From Chiloscyllium plagiosum (lineage: Eukaryota): a stretch of DNA of 64,000 nt. The DNA lies in contig NC_057720.1 in the NCBI RefSeq assembly GCF_004010195.1, positions 28,399,772-28,463,771 of the forward strand, in the 5' to 3' direction. The notes beneath the pieces were generated by a model, which saw only the letters and a program-made list of their open reading frames with translations, was not told the DNA's origin and did no database searches. Positions within the stretch are counted from its first letter, which is position 1; each line of letters starts with the position of its first letter. Position numbers and translations under genes: made by a program. Below are positions 25,835 through 38,945 of the stretch, piece after piece.

Positions 25835-28142
25835 AGTAGGCGGCCTGTCTCCCCAATGTATAGGAGGCCACATCGGGTGCAGCGGATGCAGTAAATGATG
25901 TGTGTGGAGGTGCAGGTGAATTTCTGATGGATATTGAAGGATCCCTTGGAGCCTTGGAGGGAAGTGAGGAGGGAGGTGCAGGCGCAAGTTTTGCATTTTT
26001 TGCGGTTGCAGGGGAAGGTGCCGGGAGTGGAGTTTGGGTTGGTTCGGGGTGTGGATCTGACAAGGGAGTCGTGGAGGGAGTGGTCTTTCCGGAATGCTGA
26101 TAAGGGTGGGGAGGGAAATATATCCTTGGTGGTGGGGTCTGTTTGGAGGTAGCGATAATGACGAAGGATGATACGATGTATCTAGAGGTTGGTGGGGTGG
26201 TAGGTGAGGACTAGTGGGGTTCTGTCCTGGTGGCGATTGGAGGAGTGGGGTTCAAGGGCGAAGGAGCGGGAAGTGGAGGAGATGCGGTGGAGAGCATCGT
26301 CAACCATGTCTGAGGGGAAATTGCGGTCTTTGAAGAAGGAGGCCATCTGGGTTGTTCGGTATTGGAATTGGTCCTCCTGGGAGCAGATGCGGCGAAGGCG
26401 AAGGAATTGGGATGGTGTTTTTACAGGGGGCAGGGTGGGAAGAAGTGTAATCTAGGTAGCTGTGGGAGTCAGTCGGTTTATAGCATACGTCCGTGTTGAG
26501 TCGGTCGTCCGAGATAGAGATGGGGAGGGAGGAGTCTGAAACGGTCCAGGTAAATTTGAGGTCGGGGTGGAAGGTGTTAGTAAAGGGGATGAACTGTTCA
26601 TACTTCTTCGTGGGAGCACGAGGTAGTGCTGATACAGTCATCAATATACCGGAGGAAAAGGTGGGGGGTGGTGCCAGCTGTGGAAGATGGACTGTTCCAC
26701 ATATCCAACGAAGAGGCAGGCATAGCTGGGGCCCATGCGGGTGCCCATGGCTACTCCTTTGGTTTGGAGGAAGTGGGAGGATTGGAAGGAGAAGTTGTTA
26801 AGAGTGAGGACCAGTTCAGTCAGTTGAAGGAGAGTGTCAGTGGAAGGGTACTGGTTGGTTCGGCGGGAAAGGAAGAAGCGGAGGGCTTTGAGGCCTTCGT
26901 GATGGGGGATGGAGGTGTATAGGGACTGGATGTCCATGGTGAAGATCAGGCATTGGGGGCCGAGGAAGTGAAAATCATGGAGGAGGTGGAGGGCATGGGT
27001 GGTGTCCGAAACGTAGGTGGAGAGTTCTTGGACTAAGGGGGACAGGACTGTGTCAAGGTATGTAGAAATGAGTTCGGTGGGGCAGGAGCAGGCTGAGACA
27101 ATGGGTCGGCCGGGGCAGTCGGGTTTGTGGATTTTGGGCAGGAGGTAGAAACGGGCGGTACAGGGTTGTGGGACAATGAGGTTGGAGGCGGTGGATGGGA
27201 GATCCCCTGAGGTGATGAGGTTATGGATGGTCTGGGAGATGATGGTTTGGTGGTGGGAGGTGGGGTCATGGTCAAGGGGGCAGTAGGAGGAGGTGTCCGC
27301 GAGCTGGCGTTTAGCCTCAGCAATATAAAGATCAGTGCGCCAAACTACTACCACGCCTCCCTTGTCTGCCGGTTTGATGGTGAGGTTGGGGTTGCAGCGG
27401 AGGGAGTGGAAGGCTGCACGTTCCAAGAGTGAGAGGTTGGAGTGGGTGAGAGGGGTGGAGAGGTTGAGGCGGTCAATGTCACGGTGGCAGTTGGCTACGA
27501 AGAGATCGAGGGCAGGTAAGAGGCCAGCACAGGGTGTCCAGGTGGATGGGGTGTGTTGGAGGCAGGAGAAGGTGTCGTCAGAGGGTGGGCGGGAGTCCTG
27601 GTTGAAGAAGTAGGCGCGGAGGCGAAGGCGGCGGAAGAATTGTTCGACGTCTTGCCATGTGTTGAACCCGTTAATCCGGGAGCATAGGGGGATGAAGGTG
27701 AGGCCTCTGCTGAGGACTGATCTTTCATCCTCAGAGGGGGAGGTCTGGAGGGATGGTGAAAATATGGCAGGGCTGGGAGCTAGGACCTGGTGTGGGGCTG
27801 GGGGCGGGGATCGGCGCGGGGGCGGAGACACATTTGGTGTGGTTGGTGTGTAGGAGAGTGACGTCACTGGGGATGGAAGTAGATGCTGCAACGGCAATTC
27901 CGGGGGCAGAAGTGGCTGCGGCGAATGCAGAAACAGTGTTGTTCCTGGTGGCTGTGGACCCCGCGGAGGCCGTGAATCTGTCAGCGATGGTCTTCCTGGC
28001 AATTGTGGAGGCTGTTGTCTGGGCGGCGATCGCCGAGGTTGCATGGTCGGTGGGGACAGAAGTGACGTCATGGTTTACGGCGGCGGTTGCTGCAGCGGCT
28101 GTGTGGTTAATGGCGCCCGAGCGCTTCCGGAGGCCGATGGAA
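25835..28142 (-). pseudogene. PLE RT + GIY-YIG endonuclease ORF (frameshifted, endonuclease truncated)
   Basis: 476-aa ORF 26641-28071 plus downstream frames carrying RYIDD, YKPTDSHSYL and the GIY-YIG N-terminus. Confidence 0.9.
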
Positions 28143-28598
28143 GATCTCAATTTACCTGGACCGTCTCAGACTCCTCCCTCCCCTTCCTAGACCTCTCCAT
28201 CTCTATCTCGGACGACCGACTCAACACGGACGTATACTATAAACCGACTGACTCCCACAGCTACCTAGATTACACCTCTTCCCACCCTGCCCCCTGTAAA
28301 AACGCTATCCCGCCATGATGCCTGGAGGAAGAGCGACTCATCTTCCGCCTAGGAACCCTCCAACCACAAGGGATGAATACAGATTTCTCCAGCTTCCTCA
28401 TTTCCCCTCCCCCCACCTTTTCTCAGAATCAGCACCGCCTTCTTGACCTGCAATCTTCTTCCCGACCTCTCCGCTCCCACTCCCTCTCCGGCCTATCACC
28501 CTCACCTTAACCTCCTTCCACCTATCACATTCCCAACGCCCCTCCCCCAAGTTCCTCCTCCCTACTTTTTATCTTAGCCTGCTTGGCACACCCTCCTC

Positions 28599-28634
28599 AT
28601 TCCTGAAGAAGGGCTTATGCCCGAAACGTCGATT
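28599..28634 (+). ncRNA. Minimal hammerhead ribozyme motif in the inverted PLE arm
   Basis: ATTC-CTGAAGA-A-GGGC(TTAT)GCCC-GAAA-C-GTC-GATT. Confidence 0.75.
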
Positions 28635-28959
28635 CTCCTTCTTCTTTGATGCTGCCTGACCTGCTGCGCTTTTCCATAAAGATGTATTCCTTCTTGAGCT
28701 CTAGAGAAATAAGAGGATGGGTGACATTTGTTCTTTCATCTGAGCAACACTAAAGAATAGTATGTTTATGCTTTCACATAATGTGTCACAGAATATGATT
28801 TGGCAGTTCAAGTCCAATGGTAACTTTTGGATTCATGTAGCTCGTGAAGATTTGTGAAATCAACATTGATTTCTTATCATAGACATTGGATGAGTATAAG
28901 CAACAGATGTGAAAGAAAATTGAATGAAAATTTAACTGCAGAACTGTTCTTGAATTTAC

Positions 28960-29310
28960 ATATATACAAATTAGCATGGACAATGCTACCTGATTCCTCA
29001 AGCCTGATCCACCAGTCATTCTTTAATCACACTGGTCTGATTGTAAATATGCCTGCCTACGTCTGAATTTTTCTCAGCCTTGTTTACCAAGGACCTGTCT
29101 ACCTTTGTATTAAGAAATATTCAAAGGCTCTGCTTTCCACTGCCTTTTGAGTTCCAAAAACTCTCAACCCTCTCCTTATTTCTGTCTTAAATGGATAATT
29201 CCTTATTTTAAACAGTGATCTCTCGTTCTAGATTTTCCTTCAAGAGAAAATATCCTTCCCACATTCACCTGACAAGACCCCTTGTGTTTCAGTCTTAATC
29301 TTCCAAACCA
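28960..29310 (-). mobile_element. Old CR1 3' fragment
   Basis: ctctgctttccactgcctttt...ccttattttaaacagtg...ttctagatt. Confidence 0.55.
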
Positions 29311-29420
29311 CTTCTTGAGATCACGTGGCAAAATTGTCAGAAGCATGTCATCAGATGAACTATTCATACTGTCTGGGTTTCTGTGTTCTGGAAGGACTTA
29401 AAACAGCTAATAAAGAAATT

Positions 29421-29646
29421 TAAAACTCACACAACGCCAGGCTACAGTCCAACAGATTTATTTGGAAGTACAAGCTTTCGGAGCACTGCTCCTTCATCAT
29501 GTAGCTAGTGGAGCAGGATCAGAGGACACAGAATTCTTTTGTTTTAATTCTGAAAGTTTGTACTTCCAAATAAACCTGTTGGACTGGAACCTGGTGTTGT
29601 GTGAGTTTTAACTTTGTCCACCACAGTCCATCACTGGCACTTCCAC
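29421..29646. mobile_element. Palindromic PLE mini-element (family C) with 12-bp TSD
   Basis: TSD aataaagaaatt at 29409-29420 and 29647-29658. Arms taaaactcacacaac...ctttc and gaaag...gtgtgagtttta. Degenerate minus-strand HHR (a)TGATGA-A-GGAGC(agt)GCTCC-GAAA. Confidence 0.85.
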
Positions 29647-32600
29647 AATAAAGAAATTGAAGATTAAAAAAAAAACATCTTTGGAGCAGAATTTTATGCT
29701 CCCTTAAGCAGATTGTGGTAGTGACAAGAAAGGTGGGAAACTACAGTGAAAATGAAAGTCAGAATCTCAACATCAATGAAAAGGTCTGATTTTCTTTTAA
29801 CTTTAAATAGGTCAGAATTACACTTATGAGCACTTACTACCTTATTTCCATGCATCAGCGTGTTGTGAATCGCCCAAAGTTTCCAATTCACATCACTTTT
29901 CCTGAAAAACTAAGCAACACTAATTTCCAACATGGAATTCAGAGCAGTTACCTAGTGGCAGCCAGCTGCTTGTTTCCTTCGGCATTTGTCAAACTTTGTC
30001 TTTATCACAATGTCCCTGCATGCTCCATGGACACTATTCTCTTAAAGTCGTCTTCCAAGCAAGTTGGCAGCAGCCAACTACTAGCCTCACCTTGTCATTG
30101 TTTCTGCTTTCAGACCAGCTCATACACTACTTTATACCTTAGGGATTTCACTTTGGAGATCAGGAACACTTATGACTTGCACGTTTCTGCCAGGTTGCTT
30201 TGTACTCTGCGACATACACTCACCTTTTTGATCTGCACAGGATGTATCTTATGGCTTAAAGTTTCATTCCTTAATGCTCACACATTTTGCGTCTACTCTG
30301 TAGCTTGCAATGCTTTTCAGAACAGAGGGGAGACAACAACTTGTCATTGTTATGCTAACTGGTCAGTGGGAGGACACATTGATGTACAATACCACGTTAT
30401 GTCAATATCACAACTTCAGCATGTGCCAGTCATTCATGCAGCAAATGCTCTGCATGTTCTTCAAGCAAAGGGACATATGTGAAAATCGAGTGCAAGTCAA
30501 AGTCCTTATTGGAGCCGTGGAGAACTGTAGTCAATCAAAGGGAGCCAGGGAGCCAGTCAGCCAAGGGACTCCTCAAACTAAGATTAGGGAGTAGTAATGG
30601 TCAGTCCAGCGGGTCAGGTGCAACCAGACCAAGAATTACGGGTTGAGATGCTATGGGGGCATAGGTCTAGAGGGTGAACCACTTCTTCCTTAATAAGGCA
30701 AAGGAAGGAATTGAGTGTGATGACAATGTTAGTGGTGATGCAGGAGATATGTAAGGTGTCTTCAGTGAGTGAGTGGGAAGCACAGAGGACAGAAAGGGTC
30801 AGACTTTGAGAATGAAGTGCATAAAAGCTATTAAGTGAACACGATGCGTGGTGATATTTGTAGCACATGAGCCTTGGTGACATGAGTGAACAGTGCAGTT
30901 AGATGAGCAATAGCCCTATAATCATGAGATAGCAAAGAAAATGAAGGCACTTGCAGAGCACTGAAGATAATTAACCTTCTTCCTAGAATGCTATGTGTTG
31001 TGTTCCACCCAGGCAGTGTACTGACCAGGACACTATCTCAGTACAGGCTAGCTGGATCTGGTGGAGTGGCCTCCTTTGCCAGTCAGCCAAATACAGCACT
31101 GCCTTCTCCTCCACCACCGAAACCACCAGTATATCCAGGTCCTGAGGACCTAACTTGCCTTTCTGAGCTATTTCCTTGGGGATAGCTCTACAGTGTCACA
31201 ATGTGAATGGTAGTTCCTGATTTGCAGTATCTGAGGTGATGCATAGCTGGGTGCCAGAGGCAAGACCATTGCAAAGGTCCTGCAGTGGCAACCACTTCAC
31301 CTTTCTTGTATGATCCATGAAACAGAGGCCATTTGCATGCATAATTAGATTATTGGTGGAAGGTAGAATGAGAAAAGTCAACATAGGACATGGTGGATCG
31401 AGTATCGTGAATCTCATTTGGAAAAAAAAACTTTCCCTAAAGTAATGAGAAAATACAGCCCTTAGTTTTGACGGAAGCAAATCCTGAAGATACCAACTAT
31501 GTCCCAGAGGCTAGTCTAACATGGTACATCTGTTTCCTCATCTTCTATAGCAGTTTCATAGAGGTTGGTTTCATGTGTTGTTTACGTTGTGAAGAAAAAT
31601 GAACAGATCCTTGTTCATCTTGAGTCCTGATGTCACTGGCAGACTGGTCTAAGGATCAGCATTAATATAAACGTGCAGTTGGTGAGTACCTGCTTTCTAA
31701 ACTGCTGGAGCGGAACAACTCCAAAAGTTAGAATAGAGCTTTAGGCCACTCTGCTCAATGGCACATTCCAATCCCATCAAGTCTGTAAAGTTGTCACAGT
31801 CCTTGAGTACACATTACATATTACATTTGAAGGTTAGTTGCCAATCATGTTTTGCCTGGGAATGATTTAAATTTAAAACGATAAATAAATTAGCTAAGCC
31901 ACTTAATTCTAATCTTGTTGCTATGGTAACTCTACCTTTGATTACATTTTGAGGCTTTGCAGTCCAAGAAATCCTTCGAGTCCTGGAGAATTGGATGACA
32001 GGAGCTGAAGGTACATGTTATCAGTGTATTGTCAGACACATCAGTATGCATTAATGCATTACTGCATGGAACAAAATGATAAGACATCAATAGAGTGAGA
32101 TTATTAAAAGATATCAAACTCTGCTTTATCATTCTTGCAGCTACACGAGGTTCAGGTATTCTGTCTGACACTGAGTTTCGGGATTGAATAGAATACTAAA
32201 CATATGCTTATGTTCAGGTAACAAACTTGCTGCTTTCCAGGGAGATTGAATTGATCCTCTTTCTCCTCTCCTCACAGCCCAAGGATTAAACAACGTTTCT
32301 CTATTAATTTATTTTGTTAGTTGTTGAGGTGAAAACTATGACTTCAAATTAAAATGAAAAATATAATGAACATTAAGCTAGAGTGAAAATTACTTTTAAA
32401 CAGATGAGGGTATGTGGGTGGTTAAGTTGGGTCTCAGATCACTAATTTTAGGTACTAAAAATTGGCTTCCTAAAGTTTCAAAATGGCAAGTAAGGAACTG
32501 ACTGGAAATGTAGTGCTGTCCTTAGCAAAGATGAGACATCCTTCCCATACCTGAAAAAAACATTGGGCAAGTATGCCCTGATGATGCTGATGTCCCTCAC

Positions 32601-33229
32601 CTCATGAACAGAACTCACTCTCAATGCACAAAATAAGCTGAAAGAAAACAAAAGTAAATTCCATTTCTTACAATTTAAGAATGGAAATCCTTTCTCTTTC
32701 TTCAAATATAATTGTAAACTGACTAGACCACTGCACCTTTCATCCCTTCTCCAAATCCCCAATTGCAATCATCTGACCTAAACCTCGAGGCTCTAACTGC
32801 AATCCCCATTATCATATATATGATGACCCCAATACCTTCTCTGAAGCCCAGAATGCAACTCCATAGTTGTCTCCTGGATCTCTGAAAAGGAAGTGCAGAA
32901 ACTTACCTGCAGTGTCTAATATATGCCGCTTCCTGCTGCAGCAGCACCTTCCTCATTAATAGGATGTCTGGGTTTCCTCAATCAACGCAATCTGTCTGCA
33001 AAGAAATAGCATTGCTCCAGAGTAAAACACTCATGGCTATCAGAGTTTAAATAAAGAAATGTGATTTTCATTCATAAATTATATGAAATATGGTATTATT
33101 AATCATGTTTATACAAGGGATGAGTGAATTTTGTTCTCAAATTGAGGGATTTTGCTGCTATGATTTTCAGTGTTAGCTATCTAGTTTTAGGATCAAACAT
33201 TGCCACGTTGACTATAACTGAATCATTCT

Positions 33230-34110
33230 ATTCAACCCATTGTGTCTGTGACAGCTCTCTGTAAGATTAACCCAGCAAATACCACTCCCTTGCCTTTTTT
33301 CCACTTGTTCAGATTATTTTCCAATTCCCTTTTGAAAACTAGAATTGAATCTACCTCTACTCTGTACTCAGACAGTGCATTCCACATTCTAATTAGACAT
33401 TTCATAAAAAAGTTTTCCTCATTTCACCATTGTTTCTTTTGCCAAGCACCTGAAATTGTTGTCTGAGGTTCCAGACTGATCCACCAATAGGAACACATTT
33501 TCCTTAAATTTTATGTCCAAATACTTCATGACTTTGAACTTTTCTATTTGCCCCATCTAAAGAAAGAGCAGCTCAACATTTACACACTGTTCACATAACT
33601 GAAGTACCTCATCCATGGAACTAAAATAATTCAATAGAAGCCGGTATCCCATCACCAATTTTACACATGAACTGTCCTTAACGATAGTGCTGCCTCATAC
33701 AGAATCAGGCATCACAGTGTAAGTGTCTCTGACACACACCCTTTTTAAATATCAGCCAGGACTCCCAGATTATCAACCCAAATCATTGAACTCATATTCT
33801 ATAATATCCATCTGGCTGACCTCATTACAATCACTCCAGGACCCATTCTCAAATCTTTTCTACACCTTTTTCTCACACTTTCACATCCTAACTCAAGTGG
33901 AGAGTCCAGAATTGTGCACAGTAGTCCTGTTGAAGACAGCAGTTTGACTTCTAACATTTCACCATAGCTTACTTTATTTTGTATCTTATTTATTTGTATA
34001 TAAATCTTATAACGCTGAATGTCTTATGTAACTATTTTCTCAACTTGCTCTGCACCCTCAAAAGTTCATGTGTATTTATCCCCAGATTCCCATGCTCTTT
34101 CATTTGCAAA
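33230..34110 (-). mobile_element. Old CR1 fragment containing an insertion
   Basis: CR1-like text gcattccacattct, aaatcttttctacacc, ccagaattgtgcacagta. Confidence 0.55.
33622..33829 (-). mobile_element. Possible solo LTR inserted in CR1
   Basis: Minus strand begins TGTAATGAGGTCAGCC. Non-CR1 sequence interrupts the CR1 fragment. Confidence 0.4.
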
Positions 34111-34469
34111 TGTCATAGTTCGCATTAAAGCTCCTTTTTTTTTAAACCCAACAAGGTGTTTTTGGAAGAGTACCCTCATACTGATATTTCAGTAAATTCT
34201 ATAAGCATGGTCACCTGCTTGGTGTGTGGAATTACTATATTTGCTGCATGTTTCCCAACCTACTCATCTAATTAAGTAAAATAGTTTCAGGTCATGTGCA
34301 GTTTGGTGCTTGAAAATGTAATTGTCATTTAGGGTTCTTATGCTGCAACGTTCATGTCCAGAAGGCCCAAGTTCATGTCCCACCTGCTGTAGACATCACT
34401 TATAACACTCCCGAACAGGCTGCAGAATAAAAATACTTATATATTGCATTTACATGGGGCATTAAACTA

Positions 34470-34898
34470 TGTCAAGTTACTTCAAAAATGCTTCCAATCA
34501 ATTAAGTACTTTTATTCCCTGAGATATAGTTGCTGGTGTCATCCAGGGAAGCATAGCAGCCTGCTTGCAACAGCAAAATCCCACAACAGCAATTAAATGA
34601 ACATCCAGATAATCATTTTAATGAAGTTGGCTGAGGTGTAATTGTTAAACAGGATGTTAGGAGAGCACTCCTGCTGTTCTTCAAATAATAAAATGAGATT
34701 TTTCTAACTCCCAGGAGGGCATGCTAGGCTAATGTTCATCATTACATCTGGACAATAGTACCTTCAGTAATACAGAACATTCCCTAGTACTGCACTGAGT
34801 TCTGAACCTAGATTGTTTACTCATCTCTGTAAAGTCAGACTTGAATGCACAAACCTTCTGACACAGAGGCAAGAATGCTGTAGGTGAGCCATGCAGCT
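34470..34898 (-). mobile_element. Old tRNA-derived SINE (SacSINE1/DeuSINE-like)
   Basis: Minus-strand head gctgcatggctca...cttgcctctgtgtcagaagg...ttcaagtc. Related to 45500-46060. Confidence 0.55.
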
Positions 34899-35248
34899 AC
34901 TGGTGCAATCTTTGAGCTTTGGCTTTCAGTTGATTAAGAGTTATTGTCAGAAAGTCTTTTTTTGCCATTCTATACTATAATATTGAGTTGACCTTCCAAA
35001 GAAAAGTTTGTCACTTCATGGGTGTGTTGCTAAATATACTCCTCTACGGTTCTGGCGATATTATTTTTGGGAAGAATAAAAACATTTGAAACCACATTTC
35101 CGTTCCTATACCAATCAAACCCTTCAGTTCAAAGTATTCATAATAGTTAATCTCAAGATTAACAAAGATTCTCTTTTCACAATGCATCTGCCAAGGTTTT
35201 GTCCTATTGCTTTATGTATTTAACTCTACTTGCTTTTATTTTGCACAG

Positions 35249-35395
35249 AACATCCCAACACTGGGTACAGTGGCAATAACAATGGCATTGCACAACTGTG
35301 ACGAAGTGGCAGTCGCTGGGTTTGGCTATGATATGAATGCTCCAAATGCACCTCTTCATTACTATGAGAATGTTAAGATGTCAGCCATTAAAGAG
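35249..35395 (+). CDS. ST3GAL3: ST3GAL3 penultimate coding exon (147 bp; sialylmotif S and motif III)
   Basis: Acceptor ttgcacAG and donor GTAAGA. Translates NIPTLGTVAITMALHNCDEVAVAGFGYDMNAPNAPLHYYENVKMSAIKE, with sialylmotif S (P..G...A...CD.V...GFGY) and HYYE. Confidence 0.97.
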
Positions 35396-35477
35396 GTAAG
35401 ATAACTCAGACCCTTCGATCAGCAATTGTTCTCTGGATTATTTTAACTACAAATAATGCCTGATCTATCTGCTGGGT

Positions 35478-35860
35478 CGTAGAGTTATACAGCATGGAAA
35501 CAGATCTTTTGTTGCAACTTGTTAGCACCGACCAGATACCCCAATCTGACCTAGTCCCATTTGACAGCATTTGGTCCAAATCCTTCTAAACCCTTTCTTT
35601 GCATTTATCCATCCAGATGCCTTTTATCTTTGTAATTGTACCTGCCTCCACCACTACCTCTGGAAGTTCATTCCATACATGCACCATGTTCTGCATGAAA
35701 CAGGTTACTCCTAATGTCCTTGTTAACTGTTTTAAATCTCACCTTCAACCTGTGATCTCTAGTTTTGGACTCCCCCACCTTAGGAAAGAGATTTTGGCTA
35801 CTCACCCCATCCATGACCTGCGTTATTTAATAAATCTCTGTGAGTCACCCCTCCTAAGTA
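35478..35860 (-). mobile_element. CR1 3' fragment
   Basis: Same family text as 757-1150. Confidence 0.75.
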
Positions 35861-36044
35861 AGGAGGGGTGATCAACTCGTGTCCTCGTCTTTGAATCACA
35901 TCTTTGTCGATGGAAGCAAATATTTTTATTTATTTTCTAGCATTTACTTATCACACTTCAAGTAAAACCAATGAATCAAATCAAAAATTCAGGAAAGTCA
36001 GTTCCAAGATTCTCTTGAGTGAGAGAAAGTTAAATTTTATTACT

Positions 36045-36340
36045 TAGATTAGATTAGATTACTTACAGTGTGGAAACAGGCCTTTCGGCCCAACAAGCCC
36101 ACACCGCCCCGCCGAAGCGCAACCCACCCATACCCCTAACCTAACACTACGGGCAATTTAGCATAGCCAATTCACCTAACCTGCACATCTTTGGACTGTG
36201 GGAGGAAACCGGAGCACCCGGAGGAAACCCACGCAGACACGGGGAGAACGTGCAAACTCCACACAGTCAGTCGCCTGAGGCGGGAATTGAACCCGGATCT
36301 CCGGCGCTGTGAGGCAGCAGTGCTAACCACCGTGCCGCCC
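36045..36340 (-). mobile_element. Young HE1-like V-SINE
   Basis: Minus strand GGGCGGCACGGTGGTTAGCACTGCTGCCTCACAGCGCC...GGTTCAATTCC (A and B boxes), V-domain, (TCTAA)n tail. Confidence 0.92.
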
Positions 36341-38049
36341 ACCTCATTACATTTTCAAACAACCCCAAATAATAAGAAAACAGGGACATCAAAGATACAA
36401 ACAACACAGGTAATAAGTTTATTAAGAAGAGGGGGGAAGGAATGTATCCATAGAGACAGGGAAGTACAAGCAACTAAAGTTTTTAGGGGCATGAAAATGA
36501 ATCTTAAGTCCCAATGGTCCTGTTATCTCAGGAGTGGCAAAACTTGCACATGATATTGATTTTTCAGTGAAAGGTGATTTGTCACTGTCCTTTTTCAATA
36601 GCATTCATCTCTAAGATTGACAGAGAAACAACTAGACAGATAGAAGGAAGAAGTTTCAGTGTCCTGTTCTTATCAGACCATGTTGCAATCTCCATTGCTG
36701 TTCGAGCAAGCTACTGGTGTATAGTCCATTTGTATATTCCAAATCTAGTTCCATTGTCTTTTTCAAATGGAACAAATGCAGGTAACATTTCATCTCTGAT
36801 CCTTGAAGTTATCACATACATGCGTGGGACAAACAAGAGTTGTAAATTTCTTGACATCTCACTGAGTTTCAGTGTCTCTTCATTGATAATGTAATTCCAT
36901 AAAAGTATAAGATGTAGAAGCAGGAGTAGGCCATTCAGCCCAGAGAGTCTGCTCCGCAGTTCAATGAGATCACAGCTGCTCTATTAATCCTCAACTGCAC
37001 TTTCTGCCTTTTCTCCATAAACCTTAATTCTCTTACCTCATTAAAAATGTGTCTAATTTAAAAACTAAGAAACCAACTGTTGTAAGGTGAGTGATTATTA
37101 TGCACATTACACAAAATCTCAGAGGAAAATGGCACAGTTGTAAACTCAAAGAAAAATAGGATTTCTTCCAAAGTAACTTTAGACCCTGGCAAAAACTCAG
37201 CACATATTGTCAAATCTTAATTGTGGTTGAAGAATTTTGTGATAATGTTTGTCTTTAGGAAGATGCTGTGCTTGGCCAATTTATTGAGTATGGATGGTAG
37301 ACAAAATTGTAATTTGGGAATGATGGTGCAGAACTTTATTAATCCAATTAGGAAGAATTGGTTTAACTTACTTCTTTTTATGTGTAAGTAGGAATTTGTA
37401 AAGCATCTTATGTCCTTTGAGAAATAGATCACAGCCAATGAATTGCTTTTGAAGTGCTGTTACTGTTTTGTAAGTAAGTGTGGTGACCAAATGGCAAAAT
37501 GCCACAGGCACAATTTTAGAAAGTCTCTTTTTATTGTTGTTGCTCAGGGAAAATATATTAAGTATGAAGTATCAGCATTACTAAGTCTGCTGGTACCATT
37601 AATAGCAAAACCCAAGAGTTCTCAGATAAATGTCCAATAAAATCTTTATAATCTGAGTTAATAAAATCCTGATAAACACATCTATAAATTAATATCACAA
37701 ACTGCATCATGTTACTTAACTTTTATGACATTACTGGAAACTACCATTAACAGAGGTCTAACATGACGACTTTATCAAGAAAAGACATACATTGTAAGAG
37801 TACAAAAAGTATGGAATGAAAAGGTTACTTTGAACTCCATTCCTTCTGATAAACAGTACATAATTTGTTCTGCTATACTTGTTACACCTCACTGGGACAG
37901 TGATCTGAAAATCAAGCCCTGTTATTCTCAAAGTCATCTAAGAAAGTTAAAGAGTTTAAAAAGTACTCAAAAAACATTGGTATTATGGGTGCGCTCTATT
38001 CATAGGATTTCCTATGATGAACGTTTTGCTGCTGAGAATGCTGCTTCTC

Positions 38050-38945
38050 CATTTGCCTAGGTGAGTGCAGCTCAAACAGTACTCAACAAGCAGTGTGCTT
38101 GATTGGCACCATATCACAAAGAGCCATACCTATCGCCACTGACACTCAGTAGAGAAATGCTTACCATCTCCAAAATGCACTGCAGAAATTCACCAAGGTT
38201 CCTCACCCCAAAGCAGCGCATGGGAAGACATGACTCCCAGAGCAGCACATGGGGAAACCAGAGTCCTGGAGTGGCACGAGGGAAAACCCGATTACTTGTG
38301 CAGCGCAATTTACCTAGCTACAGCCGAGTCCTGAAGAGGAGTTGACTGGAGATTGAGGCTAAGCATGACAGTTGTTGGACTTGTGCCTGGCGCTGGCCGT
38401 CAGACCATGTGCTGAGCTGCTGCTATCTGAAATTCTTGACCGGACTGTAATGTAAATCCTTTGACTCTGTTATAACTATCATTTCTAACTTAGCATTGCT
38501 TACAGTGTCTAAAAACTACTACTTTTCCTTTTCATCCTGTTTTGTATCCAAGATTTGCACCCAGGCCACTGCAAAAACTTTTCACTGTACTCCTGTACTT
38601 CTGTATTGGAGTCCATGTGACAATAAAGGATATTCTAATTCTAAACATGACTTTCCAAATGAATGACCACTGCCTTTTAGAAGGATATGCTCAGCAAATA
38701 AATGGGAATAGTACCAACTGCAAATTCCCCTCCAAGCCACTTATCATCTTGATTTGAATATAGACTGTCATTCCTTCAGTGTCTTTAGGTCAATATCCTG
38801 GAATTCTTTGCCTAACAGCATTGTGAGTCTGCAATGCATGGATTGCAGCAGTTCAGGAAGACAACATCTTCTCTAGTGCAACGAAGGACAGGAAATAAAT
38901 GCTAGCCCAGCCAGTGCTACTTACGGCCCTGATTGAATAAAATAA
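38050..38945 (+). mobile_element. Non-LTR LINE 3' region interrupted by another repeat (about 38210-38640)
   Basis: TISKMHCRNSPR-coding segment resumes near 38700 with the same tail as 17300-17645. Confidence 0.55.

Larger units (their letters stand above)
25502..28674 (-). mobile_element. Penelope-like retroelement (Neptune-type), 5'-truncated, with an inverted second arm and a 12-bp TSD
   Basis: Minus-strand RT motifs FYLLPKIHK...PGRPIVS, KGVAMGTRMGPSYA and, after a frameshift, RYIDD. Cys linker CNRKKCKTC. GIY-YIG IIYCIRCTRCGLLYIGETGR. TSD cataaagatgta at 25490-25501 and 28675-28686. Inverted arm about 28143-28674. Confidence 0.95.

Noticed and set aside
27753..28190. 145-aa Ala/Val-rich + strand ORF and other GC-rich ORFs at 25.6-28.3 kb
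   Set aside because: Antisense or alternative frames of the Penelope element.
29826..30482. 218-aa ORF
   Set aside because: No recognisable domain or splice context. Most likely chance or a degenerate repeat.
36270..36340. tRNA gene
   Set aside because: tRNA-like A and B boxes are the head of a V-SINE, with no full cloverleaf.
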